Source: Octopus vulgaris (taxonomy: Eukaryota). From it: a DNA stretch of 64,000 bases. Position 1 is the stretch's first letter, and each line of letters begins with the position of its first letter. The stretch covers positions 106,268,001 through 106,332,000 of the forward strand of contig OX597823.1 in assembly GCA_951406725.2 (NCBI GenBank), written 5' to 3'. A program made the translations under genes and the position numbers. The notes beneath the pieces were generated by a model, which saw only the letters and a list, made by a program, of their open reading frames with translations, made no database searches and was not told the DNA's origin. Below, piece by piece: positions 1 to 13,118 of this stretch.

Positions 1-145
1 CACCACCCCCTGCCGGAGCCTCGTGGAGCTTTTTAGGTGTTTTCGCTCAATAAACACACACACACCGCCCGGTCTGGGAATCCAAACCGCGATCCTCCGA
101 CCGCGAGTCCGCTGCCCTAACCACTGGACCATTGCGCCTCCACAT
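1..145 (-). mobile_element. tRNA-derived SINE, group C1, 5' part (cut by window edge)
   Basis: Reverse complement closely matches the 5' part of the copy at 8774-9157 (gtggaggcgcaatgg..cagtggttagggcagcggactcgcgg...cccagaccgggcg...tttattgagcgaaaacacct); Pol III A-box and B-box-like motifs. Confidence 0.85.
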
Positions 146-215
146 ATAATATAATATAACATTACGTACACACACAAACACACACACACACAAACAGACA
201 CACACACACACACAT

Positions 216-312
216 CCTTTTACAGGTTTAAGTCAATGAATTGTGGTCGTGTAGGGGGCGCCACCTTCAAGGGTTTTAGTCTATCAGATTTATTTCAGTG
301 CGATACTTATTT
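216..312 (-). mobile_element. SINE group A, decayed 3' end
   Basis: Resembles the reverse complement of the group A 3' end (ttttacttgtttcagtcatttgactgcggcc...caccgcctt). Confidence 0.5.
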
Positions 313-371
313 TATCGACCTGTATTTTATCGAATAAAATTATGAATTATGATTTTACTCTTGTTGTTCTA

Positions 372-372
<1 letters not shown>

Positions 373-413
<41 letters not shown>

Positions 414-416
414 TTA

Positions 417-510
<94 letters not shown>

Positions 511-520
511 GTTGTTGTTG

Positions 521-578
<58 letters not shown>

Positions 579-615
579 CATTATTATTATTATTATTATC
601 ATTATTATTATTATT
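373..615. repeat. (ATT)n microsatellite with GTT/ATC variants
   Basis: Direct reading; source of the poly-Y/I/L/N ORFs. Confidence 0.97.
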
Positions 616-884
616 CATATTCTTCTTATTTTTAAAAGTATCCAGCAGTGGTGTTCATGAAGTAGAAAATATATTATTCCCTGAACGAAACTAAACGGGA
701 AAAATAAAATATAAACCAAAAATCTATAAAAATATAAAAATTATCAAAAAAATATATAAATAAAAGGAAATGATAAAGAAGAGGACGAAAAAAAAATCCA
801 GTAAGAGTGAGAAAGCGAAAATACAAAAAGAACAAACAAAAATATATCTTTAGAATACACCATAGACGTTCACACAGACCCATG

Positions 885-952
<68 letters not shown>

Positions 953-1477
953 TATATGCACATACACCCCAGCTTACACAGAAGAAAAAATACAACATAC
1001 GTAATACGTAAAAGCAAAATATAAATCAGAAAGAATATCCTGTGTAGATGTTGGTAAGTAAAAGGAAATATTTCAGAAATATTGATTGAAACAGACGACA
1101 GTGGAACAGATAGATGGAAGTAATGGATGGTACGGTTTGATAGATGTGGAGATAGGTACTGGATGGTGAAATGGTATGTGTACTGATGTAGTTAGTCTGA
1201 CAGCGGTTTAAAAAAATGGAGAGCTAGATGGTTGGATGGCATGTGTATATGTAGGGTGGAATTGATAGATGCGTAGATAAATGGATGGTTAGTTGAGGGG
1301 AACTTATTGGTTACCCCTGATAGACACGTAGATAATGGCAGGTTGGCTGGTGGAGTAAGATGTGAGATAGACCTAGTAGATGGGACATGCTCTGCAATTG
1401 TCTAGAGTCGAGGTTGTTTGTCTTCCAGATTTAACTTCTGTAGATGTGCATATAAATATGCTGTCCAATGGAATTCA

Positions 1478-1870
1478 TAGCTGTGTGGGTAAGGAGCTTT
1501 TTTCCTAGCCATGTGGTCTTGGACTCACTTCCGCTGTGCGGCGCCTTGGGCAAGTGTCTTCTACCATAGCTCCGGGCCGACTAAAGCCCTGCGATCAGAT
1601 TTGGTAAATGAAAACTGAATGAAGACTATCGTCAAAATACGCATATATGTGTGTGTGTGGCTTTGTTTGTGCTGTTTTCCCCCACAAATATTTGACGACT
1701 GGTGTTGGTGTGTTTACGTCACCGTAAGTTAGCGATTCGGCCTAAGAGACCGACATAGCAAGTACTAGACTTAAAACTTACGTACTGGGGTTTATTTACT
1801 CGAGCTAACCCTCTCATGCGGTGCTCCAGCATGGCAGCAGTCCAGTGACTGGAACAGATAAAAGATAAAA
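1478..1870 (+). mobile_element. SINE group A (tRNA head, CORE-like ccttgggcaagt motif, internal microsatellite), diverged full-length copy
   Basis: Colinear with 15484-15798 and 38388-38835: gctgtgtgg.taag...ccttgggcaagtgtcttctaccatagc...ggtgctccagcatggc...aaaagataaaa tail. Confidence 0.85.
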
Positions 1871-2302
1871 GAAGAAAGATCAGGTCCTGTTGCAGACCAT
1901 GAAATCAAATGCACTGAGTCGGCATCTTCGGTTTACTTTCTATACTCATTGATATCATTGAAATATTTGGTTTCGATCTGTCGAAGTTCTAGCCTGCATC
2001 GTAGAAGACCCATTTTCGTTTACATCGGTTATTTGCCAACGATTCAAATCCATCCATAATGATTCAAATCTCTTTTCTGTACGTCCCACATTCGCATGCC
2101 TTGAACAGCCGAACGAAGCTCCTGTCGTCTAATCTTGTTTACTTCAGGAAGATAATGGATGGCTTACTTCAGTACATTGACATCCCAGCGAAATTTTTAA
2201 CATTAAATGTTTCAGACTCGTATGTAAAAGTGGGTATAACAACGATCACGTATAACGTCCCATCTCTTGCCCATACATATATGGCAAAATGACTCGCATT
2301 AA

Positions 2303-2685
2303 TTTTATATATAAAAGTGAAGTTGTGTTTCTGTCTCCTACGATTTAGATTCCTAACTACTCCCACATTTTGCGGTGCAGTGTAATCAAAAGCGGGTATC
2401 TTATAGTCGTGATTCATATCGAGCCCCTCTGGGTATTAGCGCGAGTCTACGATTAAAAAAAAAATTTACCATCATTTTTTCCCATTTTTAATGCATTTTT
2501 TTGCTATTATATAAGGGAAGTAACTCTCTAAAAATGTATTATTAAATCTCAGAACTTAAAAAGCTACAGTAACACCCCCCTTTGTGGTTTGCCATATTGA
2601 GATGGCTATTATACTTTACATCTCTAAAAATGCTTATATAGTTATTTCCCTTACAAACCCGAGCAACGCCGAGCGATACTGCTAG
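2303..2685 (+). mobile_element. Non-autonomous Helitron
   Basis: 3' end cccgagcaacgccgagcgatactgCTAG followed by T (subterminal GC hairpin plus CTAG); 5' end ttttatatataaaagtgaagttgt is homologous to the TC-starting end of the copy at 7813-8335. Confidence 0.8.
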
Positions 2686-2984
2686 TTTCATTTATTTTAT
2701 GAAATCAAATGCTACTGAAGTTATCTTTGTCGTTTATCCTTTGAAGACAATCAATATAAAATACCTCCCAAATGTTGGATGCAAGTCTTTGAGAGAGAAG
2801 TGAGTTGGTATGACTGCCTCTGAGTACATATGCACATAAAAAAAGCACAAAAACAGCAAATTCAAAGACGTTTACGAGTCTCTGCCTGACGAGTTATATT
2901 GCTTTTATGAGCCTACGAAACTAACTTGCATGGAGTTGAATCAAGCTGTTATCAAATAACGAATGTAGCTCCTATCAATTGTCC

Positions 2985-3145
2985 TCTTTCTTCCATCTGT
3001 TTTCTCTCCTCATTCCTTTCTGTTGAAAAGCTGAGGCTCGAAACGTCAAAGAATTCTTCCGTTTTTCCTGGGCGTCAAACTAACACTTCCTGTTTGTTGT
3101 TCCTTCACCTGTCTCTCTTTTGTTTCTTGTATAATTTTGAACAAT
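2985..3145 (+). mobile_element. Penelope-like short terminal fragment with degenerate minimal hammerhead motif
   Basis: ttgaaaagctgaggctcGAAACGTC at about 3023-3047; downstream sequence is homologous to inverted copies at 8345-8440 and 36300-36470. Confidence 0.5.
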
Positions 3146-3195
3146 ATGTGTGTGTGTGTGTGTGTGTGTACACAGAGAGAGAGAGAGAGAGAGAG

Positions 3196-3239
<44 letters not shown>

Positions 3240-3935
3240 AAAGCCGAGCACGAATGGGTAGATAGATAAATAAAGATATCGATAGATTTTGGTCAGGTGG
3301 TTGCCATAATCTCCACCCAGAAAGAACTAAAAAATAAAGATACTCAACATTTATTATTTTCTCAGAACATGGCCATATTTTGCGACCATGTCTCTTCAGA
3401 GAAGACTACTAAATATGCTGGCGTCCATTGTACATATAAATATTAGTATATATAAATATTAGTTCATATATACTCGTGCATGTGTGAGTGTCAATATGTT
3501 TAGGTCCCAGACTTAAACTGTCGCCCGGTTTAACATCAACACCATTTCCTGTTTTGGAGGTGACTGTAGCAGATTCTACTCTGTTGCAAACATTTCAACA
3601 AGGTTTCAGAAGTGTACGAAACTGCTTACTTCCATCAGCCTCAGAATCGCCAAAGAATCATGGAGGGAGGGAGGAAGAGAGAGAGAGAGAGAGACAGACA
3701 GAGAGAGACAGACAGACAGACAGACAAACAGAAAGACAGACAGACAGAAAGACAGAGGGAGAGAGATCTGCTTCCACACAGAAAGTTAGTTTTCAGAATT
3801 CATATGTGAATGATAACATTCCTACCGAAATACTTTTGGTTCTGTTGTCACAGGAAGTAAGGTTACGTCATCACACATCCTGATTACACACCTGGTACAC
3901 ACGCTAGCAGCACGACGATAACGAAGACCAAAGCA

Positions 3936-3941
3936 ACCACC

Positions 3942-4037
<96 letters not shown>
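3936..4037. repeat. (CCA)n(CTA)n microsatellite
   Basis: Direct reading. Confidence 0.95.
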
Positions 4038-4038
<1 letters not shown>

Positions 4039-4388
4039 GCGAATGACACCCAATCGCATCTTATGTTCAACATTTCCCCTTCCATCAAGCAAAATGCCTT
4101 CTCCGTCGCTGCTTGCCACCCGTTAGATCACTACCACCACCAACAACAATAACACCAACACCACTGGCATCACCCCACCACTAACTACTACAACCACAAC
4201 CATCACCGTCACTACCCTCAAGAGTAACACCATCCCCTTCTACGTCAACACACTCACATCAACACCCATACCCTGTAAATTCGCTAACTGGATGACTGGC
4301 TGCAAACTGGCCGTTCTGTCTGGGTAATAACTTCTTGCTGTGAACATGCCAGCAGCAGAACGCGCACGCGCACACATACACACACACA

Positions 4389-4444
<56 letters not shown>

Positions 4445-4686
4445 CTAGCAAACATGTGCACAGAGACGGACCGGCACACTTATAAGTACACACATAAACA
4501 TCTATGTATACAAATATACACACACACAGGCACGCGACTAAAAATTCAGCACAGACCGTCAGCCTCCGATCGTTGCATGCGACATCAATCGCCTTTTTTC
4601 TTCATCATTTCGTAACACGCGTGCACACATACACACCAGTAAGTATGTATATATATAATACATATGTGTGTATGAATGCATATACA

Positions 4687-4736
<50 letters not shown>

Positions 4737-4765
4737 CATATGGGTTTATGGGTGCGTATGTATGT

Positions 4766-4836
<71 letters not shown>

Positions 4837-4951
4837 CATATATGCATGTTTATATGTATACGTATATGCTTAAACATATACACATATATATTTGTATACA
4901 CACACGTATATATATGTGTGCCTGTGAGAATGTGCCTATATCCAAATACAC

Positions 4952-5001
<50 letters not shown>

Positions 5002-5056
5002 ATATCTATCCATCAATCTATCTCTGTCTCTGTCTCTGTCTCTTTCTCTATCTACC

Positions 5057-5108
<52 letters not shown>

Positions 5109-5737
5109 TGAAGAGGTAGAGATAGATATAGCTGAGACAATGAACATTGGGAATGAAGCAGCTTATAAAACTACCAAATTCTTTACAATTCTACGTACAT
5201 ATATGCAAACGCGAACACACACACGCGCGCGCACAGATATAATTACACACATACACATATCTAGGTACATAGATACATACAGCTAAAAGCTCTCATTTTT
5301 CACTCTTACACTGTCTTACTTCCTCTCTCTCTCTCTCTCTTGCCCTGTTTACTTCAGTTTCTTTGTGTTATCCATCAAAAATAAAAAAGAAAACTCAGCA
5401 TGCATATAACTACACATACACGCACACACACAAATGTGATCACGCACGTGCACACATGCTCATGTAAGTACACATACGCATGTAAGTACACATACGCACA
5501 AACGGCAGTAACAGCATGTTTTAATAGAGACATCTGACGTAGCGACCCAGTGACAACCCATCCAAACATGCACCAACAGAAACTTATTCAAAAGCAGAGA
5601 TATATGCCAAAGGAACACAGTGAAGTTCCAATAACTCAGGACATATAAACACACACTCACATGCGTGCACACAGACACACACACACAATGCATACACATA
5701 CACACATAATCTATTTGTGTGTTTGTGTCTGTGTGCA

Positions 5738-5985
<248 letters not shown>

Positions 5986-6194
5986 TGTCTGTGTGTATGT
6001 ATTTTTTGTGTGTGCGCGCTAGGTGTCTAGTTGTAAATGTTTAAGTGTAAATAAGATGAGGAATAGCGACAACTCTGGATGCTGTGTGGTAAATTGCAAG
6101 CTGAAAATTCACACTGCTTTATCACTAGTCGCTCGCCGCCGATTTTTGGACGATTATGAAAAAAAGAACAAGTGTAATAACTTCTTTAAAGTTT

Positions 6195-6274
<80 letters not shown>

Positions 6275-6285
<11 letters not shown>

Positions 6286-6490
6286 ATCCAAACATGAAAA
6301 CACAAAGATAAAACACAACAACGCGAGGACGTGGAACAAATATAGTATTATTGGACACTCAGGAAGGAAGGGAAGAAGGAGGGCTTAACGTTTCGAGCGG
6401 AGCTCTTCGTCGGAAACATAGGAGAAGGAATGATCCAGAGAAGGGAAGACAGAGGAAAAAAAAATCGCCAACGGTACACACGCGGTCACA
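6275..6490 (-). mobile_element. Penelope-like short element in (TA)n with minimal hammerhead-like motif
   Basis: Minus strand ccgacgaa-gagc-tcc-gctc-GAAACGTT at 6387-6413; the same motif recurs at 58089-58115. Confidence 0.6.
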
Positions 6491-6576
6491 TATATATATA
6501 AACATACAGACATATATATATAAATATAAACATACATGCATATATATATATGTCTATATATATATATATATGTGCA

Positions 6577-6629
<53 letters not shown>

Positions 6630-7771
6630 ATATGTGTGTATGTATGTATGTATGTATGGACGTCCATACCTGCACAGACCCAAATGCAGTCACAAATGCA
6701 CACACGTTCACACAAAGATTCGCACAAGCAAATGCATCTGTACTTCTATAAATTCGTACACACATTCATACATACATACTGACAGACAGACCTACATGCC
6801 TACATGTATACAGAAATAGTTTAGGCCGGTATGTAAATATAGTCATATTGGGAAAGACGTCCATAGACAGAATATCATGTATAGTTACAAATCCATAATT
6901 TCTGTGTGTGCAACCATTTATACGCAAGATATATGCATGTATGATACACTGCAATTATTTTTATATGCTTTTTTATTTTGCATATACATTTTGTCTTCAA
7001 TAAGTACGTCTGCATATTTGCAAGGATAACTTAATATTCCCGTACAAAGCGTCTACATTATATGTATTTTTCTCACAAATATATCGCCTATTCAAAGGAA
7101 AGTGCTCTATATATCAATTTTTTTATATTTTTACTTGTGTGTGTGTCTGTATATATATATATATATATATGTATATATAATTTGATGATGATCTTAATTG
7201 TGTAAATCTTTCATTGAATTATACACATGTGCTCATATTCATATACAAAGGCAACCACACATGCACGCATTCGTTCTTTCAGACTTTGACTTACACACAT
7301 AGATTCTTCCACTCACATTGTATCTATGGTTGTGTGCGCGCGCATTGCGTATATATACATATATGTATACATATATATGCATAAGCAAAAATGCTAGTTC
7401 TAAATTCTCTATATATATAGGTGTGTGTGTGTATGTGTATGTATGTTTGAGCAGACGCATGCACTCGCGCGCAAATACATATAACGCGTGTATTTAAACA
7501 CATAATATTACTCCCGGGAATTATTGGTGAACGTCTGTTCCGTTCTTAAGATGGTGCAGTTGGATTAAAGATGGCGCATTTGGGTATAAAGATGGCAGCA
7601 CATAAAATACATAAAATAGAGCTCAACTGAATTTGGAGCTATCGAATAAAAACTACATGAAATATTTTGTTGGACTGAGCTGCTTTTCAGCTATTTCTGA
7701 CGTAACTAACCGAGCACAATTATTTAACTGCAAAAGTAAAATATATTTTTCTTCTGCCCTTCAGGTTATAT

Positions 7772-7812
<41 letters not shown>

Positions 7813-7813
<1 letters not shown>

Positions 7814-8335
7814 TAGCAGTATAGCCCGGCGTTGCTCGGGTTTGTTTCGACCCTTTAGAATTGCAATTTTTGAAAAGTAAAAATTTTTCATTGTGTAGCT
7901 TGTTATTCTCTTAAAGGGAACATTTAAAGGGAACACCGAAATACGGCCACACCGCAGTCACAAAATCGTAAAAAATAGGGATTTTCATAGAAAAAAAGCA
8001 GCTTTTGATGTAAATATTAGGTTGTCCCAAAAGTTCGTAAACACTTGCGAAAATTGAATTTTTACTCGCCAAGTACTAACAAAAACAACAAAAATTATTC
8101 CTCAAAATAAAGACCATTATTTTCCAAGACTTTCTACGAACTTTTGGGACAACCTTATAATTTTTGGTGCTAACATGGTCCGATTTGAAGTTTTCCGTCT
8201 ATGGAAGGAAGAGCAAATCTTCTATCATATTCTCAATTTTGGTCAACTTGCATCGCAATGTCTCGGAGGAGATAGTGTTAGTTGAAGGCTACCAAACCTG
8301 CCATACACAGACAACTTCAGCTTTATATATATAGA
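7813..8335 (-). mobile_element. Non-autonomous Helitron
   Basis: Minus strand A|TCtatatatataaagctgaagttgt ... aaacccgagcaacgccgggctatactgCTAG|T: canonical TC and CTAG ends, subterminal hairpin, A/T target, no TSD. Confidence 0.9.
8017..8157. mobile_element. Tc1/mariner-type MITE nested in the Helitron
   Basis: 23-bp TIRs ttaggttgtcccaaaagttcgta / tacgaacttttgggacaacctta (1 mismatch), TA duplication at 8015-8016 and 8158-8159. Confidence 0.85.
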
Positions 8336-8344
8336 TATATAATA

Positions 8345-8440
8345 TATAGTTCAAATTCATAAATTCATAGAAAAACAGAGGCGAAGACAGGTGTAGGCAC
8401 AACAAGCAAGTGTGTTAGTTTTAACGCTTGGGAAAAAGGG
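8345..8440 (-). mobile_element. Penelope-like fragment homologous to about 3060-3140
   Basis: gaagacaggtgtaggcacaacaagcaagtgtgttagttttaacgcttgggaaaaa resembles the reverse complement of tttttcctgggcgtcaaactaacacttcctgtttgttgttccttcacctgtc. Confidence 0.5.
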
Positions 8441-8509
8441 GTGTATATATGTTGGTGATTATCCGTGCTGTGTGTGTTTGTGTGTGTGTGTTTCACCGTG
8501 TCTGTGTGT

Positions 8510-8728
8510 ATGTGTGTCTTTGTGTCTATGTTTATCCTCCGCCATCGCTTCACAACTGGTATTGGTGTCTCTGCGTCCCCGTAATTTGGTGGTTCGGCAA
8601 ACAGACGGATGGAATAAGTACCTGGCTTTAAATGTAAGTACTGGGGTCGATTCATTCGAATAAAATTTCAAGGCGGTACACCAGCATGACCGCAGTCAAA
8701 TGATTGAAACAAGTACAAGATAAAAGAC
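8510..8728 (+). mobile_element. SINE group A, 3' half
   Basis: catcgcttcacaactgg...cgtccccgtaatttggtggttcggcaaa...ggcggtacaccagcatgaccgcagtcaaatgattgaaacaag. Confidence 0.85.
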
Positions 8729-8773
8729 ATATATATACACACATACATACACACACAGATATGTATTCACACA

Positions 8774-9157
8774 TGTGGAGACGCAATGGCCCAGTGGTTA
8801 GGGCAGCGGATTCGCGGTCATAGAATCGCGGTTTCGATTCCCAGACCGGGCGTTGTGAGTGTTTATTGAGCGAAAACACCTAATAAAAGCTCCACAAGGC
8901 TCCGGCAGGGGATGGTGGTGATCCCTGCCGTACTCTTTCACCACAACTTTCTCTTACTTCCTGTTTCTGTTGTACCTGTATTTCAAGGGGCCGGCCTTGT
9001 CACTCTCTGTGTCACGCTGAATATCCCCGAGAACTACGTTAAGGGTGCACGTGTCTGTGGAGTGCTCAGCCACTTACACGTTAATTTCACGAGCAGGCTG
9101 TTCCGTTGATTCGGATCAACCGGAACCCTCATCGTCGTAACCGACGGAGTGCTTCCA
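8774..9157 (+). mobile_element. tRNA-derived SINE group C1, full length with TSD
   Basis: A box TGGCCCAGTGG, B box GGTTTCGATTCC; 9-bp direct repeat attcacaca at 8765-8773 and 9158-9166. Confidence 0.9.
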
Positions 9158-9567
9158 ATTCACACAAATATAGTTATGGAATATCCTGTTAAACACGTAG
9201 TAGTGTACAGAATAAAGCTCGTCCACTCTCAGATTTCACTTTGTGCTATCCAGTAGTAGTATTATATGTACTTCCAGATTTACGTTTGGGCTTCTGTGGT
9301 GTGTGAATAGATAATTTGCCAAAGGTCCTTCAGCAACAACACTCCCTGAAAAGCTCAGTGACTACTACTAAAGTCAGGCCACTACAGAGAGGATGTTCTT
9401 GAAGCCGAGAATTTCAAACTTACGGAGACAATATTTACATATCACCCGAGGAAACACAAATACATCTCATAATGCAGGGAAACGGTTGCATAATCAAGTA
9501 CCCGCACATCTGGAGAACTACGTTGCGTAGAAACAGTTGTAATGAAATAAATGTCCAACCGTATTCC

Positions 9568-9883
9568 TTGTTGTTACGACGACGCGTCTTCCAGTTGATC
9601 CGATCAACAGAACAGCTTCCTCGTGAAATTAACGTGCAAGTGGCTGAGCACTCCACAGACAAGCGTACCCTTACCGTAGTTCACTGGGAAATTCACTTTG
9701 ACACAGAATGTGACAAGGCCAGCTCGTTTGAAATACAGGTACTATTCATTTTTGCCAGCTGAGTGGACTGGAGCAACGTGAAATACAGTGTCTTGCTCAA
9801 GGACAAAATGCGTCGCCGGCAATTGAACTCACGACCTTACAATCGTGAGCCGAATGCCTTAACCACTAAGCCACGCGCCTTCA
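9568..9883 (-). mobile_element. tRNA-derived SINE group C2 (CORE/V-like middle, 3' tail shared with C1)
   Basis: Minus strand ggcgcgtggcttagtggttaagg...gagttcaatt...tgtccttgagcaagacact...gtacctgtatttcaaa...ctgtggagtgctcagccacttgcacgttaatttcacgag. Confidence 0.85.
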
Positions 9884-10456
9884 CCCAAATACACACACAC
9901 GCGCGCGCGCGCACAAAGACAGACATACACAGACAAAGACACACAAACACACACACATACACGCACAAAGACAGACATACACAGACAAAGACACACACAC
10001 AGGCGTATATATTAAATAGCGCATTAAAAGAAGGTCTATTAATATAAATATTATCCATCTCACATACGTAGTCTTTGTCATTTCTTTATTCGTTCTTTGC
10101 TGCGGGATAGCGTTCAGAGAAAGCTCCCTGCACGACACCAATTGGTAAAGAGCAGCCAACGTCCCAGGCCAATCTCAGACGACCGAAAATGGTTGATATC
10201 AATATTTTCCTATTATAGCGGCTGATCAATACCATGTACGCGGAACAGATCGAAACGAAATGAATTGCTGGTATGGGACTTCAAATGGGGGGGGGGGAGA
10301 TTCATTTGCTGATGTGCTACAACATAGCACATATGACCCCAAATTAAATTGCAAATTAAAAGCAGCTCTAGTAGCGTAATCATTATCGGTCGCACATGCA
10401 TACTGGTATGTGTTCTGCTTATACGCTCATCTGCGGAAGGAGAGCGTCCAGGGGAA

Positions 10457-10645
<189 letters not shown>

Positions 10646-10964
10646 TATATATATATATATGTGTGTGTGTGTTATATATATATATATACGCACACACAAG
10701 AGTATATGTACATAATATATATATTATTATATACAATATTTTTAAATCCTCATATATTAATTTGCTATCCTGTGACCAATACAAGAAGCAAAAAAACTGT
10801 TCATAATAAAACAAAATAAAAAAAAGGTAGAGAGGAAGAGAGGGAGGGAGAGGGAGAGAGGGAGAGGAGAGAGAGCACAATGAAAAAACGTCAGTTTGCC
10901 TGTTGGTGCAGATAGTACAAAACTCTAAATGTCCTACGTCAGAAAGTATAAAAATCATTAAAAA

Positions 10965-11560
10965 CGCTGAAGAGTTAAAACACAGAAACTATAAAACTTA
11001 GCAAATGTACCTTACATCACCTACCTGGGCGGTAAAAATATGTGCTGATGAAAGCAGCCAATCAGATGTCAGCATCGGAACTTGGAAAGTTAGAGCAGTA
11101 TTTGGTCGAATTGCCAAGATCTGGAGATTAAAAAACCATCAGTATAAAAATTGGAATTGCAGCCTAAAGATTAATATGCCTAACTAATAGTGCACAAGTA
11201 AAATAAGGAAAAACTGAATACATTCTTTCAAATAACTCAATGGAATATACTGCGTATGACATAAAAGGTTTGTATCACTAAGTAGGAAATATTTAGGAGA
11301 ACAGGACAGACGGCGAATAATAGTAATAAGGAGAATAAGAATGTTGAAATTGTTGGGTTATGTATTGAGGATGAATGAAGGCAAAATAACAGATGGGATG
11401 CTGGAATGAAAATCTGATGGCAGCAAAAAGTAGAATGACATAAAATATATGCGTTGAAAATTATCTGGAAAGACTCAGAGAGATCTGGCGTTAACCAAAA
11501 ACGAAGTGTCTGCGGGACATATAGTGGACATAATCGATCGATATTGAGAAAAGTATAGGA
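10965..11560 (+). mobile_element. Decayed RTE-clade LINE, C-terminal part of the RT ORF (pseudogenised)
   Basis: With frameshifts and stops reads ITYLGGK/ICADESSQSDVSIGTWKVRAVFGRIAKIWRLKN/ISIK...EKLNTF...NILRMT*KVCITK*EIFRRTGQ...IRRIRMLKLLGYVLRMNEGKITDGMLE*KSDG, matching the RTE pattern FxYLGS...RIGKARAAF..L..IW...RRRRLRWLGHVLRM...EW.P.G. Confidence 0.85.
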
Positions 11561-11647
11561 AGAACTGAGAACAGAAACTATATATATATATATACATATA
11601 TAACAAAGAAAACTTGCAGGGTACTGCAGTACTGCATGAGTGAAAAT

Positions 11648-11779
11648 ATATAGAAAAGAGGATTTGAAAATGCAGAGTCTTTTAAAGATGTTTATTGACT
11701 TGACCGGTTTCTCTTTTGAAAATCCATTTTTAAAAAAGTGAAACCGGTCAAGTCAATTTTCAAATCCTCTTTCCTGTAT
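11648..11779. repeat. Foldback inverted repeat of a Penelope-like end
   Basis: attgacttgaccggtttctcttttgaaaat / atttttaaaaaagtgaaaccggtcaagtcaat plus outer arms atatagaaaagaggatttgaaaat / attttcaaatcctctttcctgtat. Confidence 0.85.
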
Positions 11780-11790
11780 GTATATATATA

Positions 11791-11943
11791 GGCGTAGGCG
11801 TAGCTGTGTGGTAAGAAGCTTTTTCCCAGCCACATGTGCCAGGGCTCAGTCTTACTGCGTGGCACCTTGAGCAAGTGTCGACCTCGGGCCGATCAAAGAT
11901 TTGTGAGGGAATTTGGTAGACGGAAATTGAGACTGAAAGACGC

Positions 11944-11949
<6 letters not shown>
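11791..11949 (+). mobile_element. SINE group A, 5' half ending in (TA)n
   Basis: ggcgtaggcgtagctgtgtggtaagaagc...ctgcgtggcaccttgagcaagtg...tttggtagacggaaa. Confidence 0.85.
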
Positions 11950-12003
<54 letters not shown>

Positions 12004-12544
12004 CACTGTATATACCTATCATTAAATTTACTTAGTAGAAATTACTACACGTTCACTGTACAATTTTCCAGCCCAATACCACACACACATATGTGTATAT
12101 GTATGTGTGTGCGAGCATGTTATGCTTCGAGTTCGTTTGGTCCAAGATAATTCAGAGTGTTTCGAAGCGCCACTTCCATTCTTCATTGAAATTAAAAACT
12201 ATTTGTAGTGACAATGATACTTCGGAGAGGCATTAGTATCAAATATTCATATTCATATTAAACTCCTGGAGAAGGTGGTCTTTCAACTGTGCCACGTGAA
12301 CCAATGATGTAGCGTCCGTGATCAATTGACACGCTTGACTCAATGGATAGATGAGTCTCCACGGAGTCGATTGACCTTCAACAAAAAGCAACCAAACATA
12401 CATCAAAATGCACCCTGTGTTCTTTAATACGTGAAATAGTCGAGTACATTCCAAGATAATATAGTTACATTATATTCGAAACCAAGAGGGGATTATCGTC
12501 AGTTGAATACCTTCGTTCAGAGGTCTAAGTGGGAGCTGACCCGG

Positions 12545-12870
12545 GACGATAGCAATAATGATGACGAAGAAGACGATACGACGACGACGACGGCGGTGAT
12601 GGCGTCTATGGCGGCGATGGCAGCGATGGCGATGACAGCGGTGGCGGCGGCGACGACGACGACGACGATAACGGCGACGACGACGGCAGTGGCGGTGGCG
12701 GCGGCGGCGGCGACTGTGGCAATGGCTGCGCTGACGACTACGACAATAACAACAACGATGACAACCACAGCAACGACGGTAACTACGACGGACGACGACG
12801 GTAAGAACAACTACAACAACCACAACAAAAGCAGCAATAATATGAAGGACGACTACAACGAAGACGACAG
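12545..12870. repeat. Compound GC-rich trinucleotide repeat (GAC/GGC/GAT/AAC)
   Basis: Direct reading; yields poly-R/T/A/V ORFs on both strands. Confidence 0.9.
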
Positions 12871-13118
12871 CAGCGGCTCCACCGGTTACGGGTGCTGTAT
12901 AGTAAGTAGTAGATTTTCTTCTCAGCCGAATACAAAACTTAAACCTCATTATCCTTCACAAATGATTTTTTTTTCTTCCATTTCATTCGTAAATTGAGGA
13001 ACATCAACATTCCACTTATCACAATATGTTTTCTGTTAAATACCTGGTTGTTGTTTTGCCAACTCCCTTCTAAAACAAAAAAGAACGTGAACAGAAACGG
13101 ATGGTCTGATCCTATACG

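Noticed and set aside
2048-2113. Minus-strand FGCSRHANVGRTEKRFES resembling a GIY-YIG motif
   Set aside because: Too short, lacks the conserved Tyr residues and has no flanking similarity.
2876-2940. CTGACGA...GAAAC hammerhead-like core on the + strand
   Set aside because: Core and a G-C-closed stem II are present, but no stem I can be formed in type I or type III topology.
4310-4362. Possible pre-miRNA hairpin (cgttctg...cagaacg)
   Set aside because: Only about 11 bp of interrupted pairing and no recognisable mature miRNA.
8774-8860. tRNA gene
   Set aside because: A and B boxes belong to a SINE head that continues into a multicopy body bounded by a TSD.
12239-12454. ORF with LKDHLLQEFNM reminiscent of copia RT
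   Set aside because: No YVDD or KDLG motif and the spacing is wrong; probably chance.
12470-12997. Arg/His-rich or Thr/Ala-rich ORFs resembling protamine or mucin
   Set aside because: Produced by a compound GAC/GGC trinucleotide repeat; no splice or homology support.
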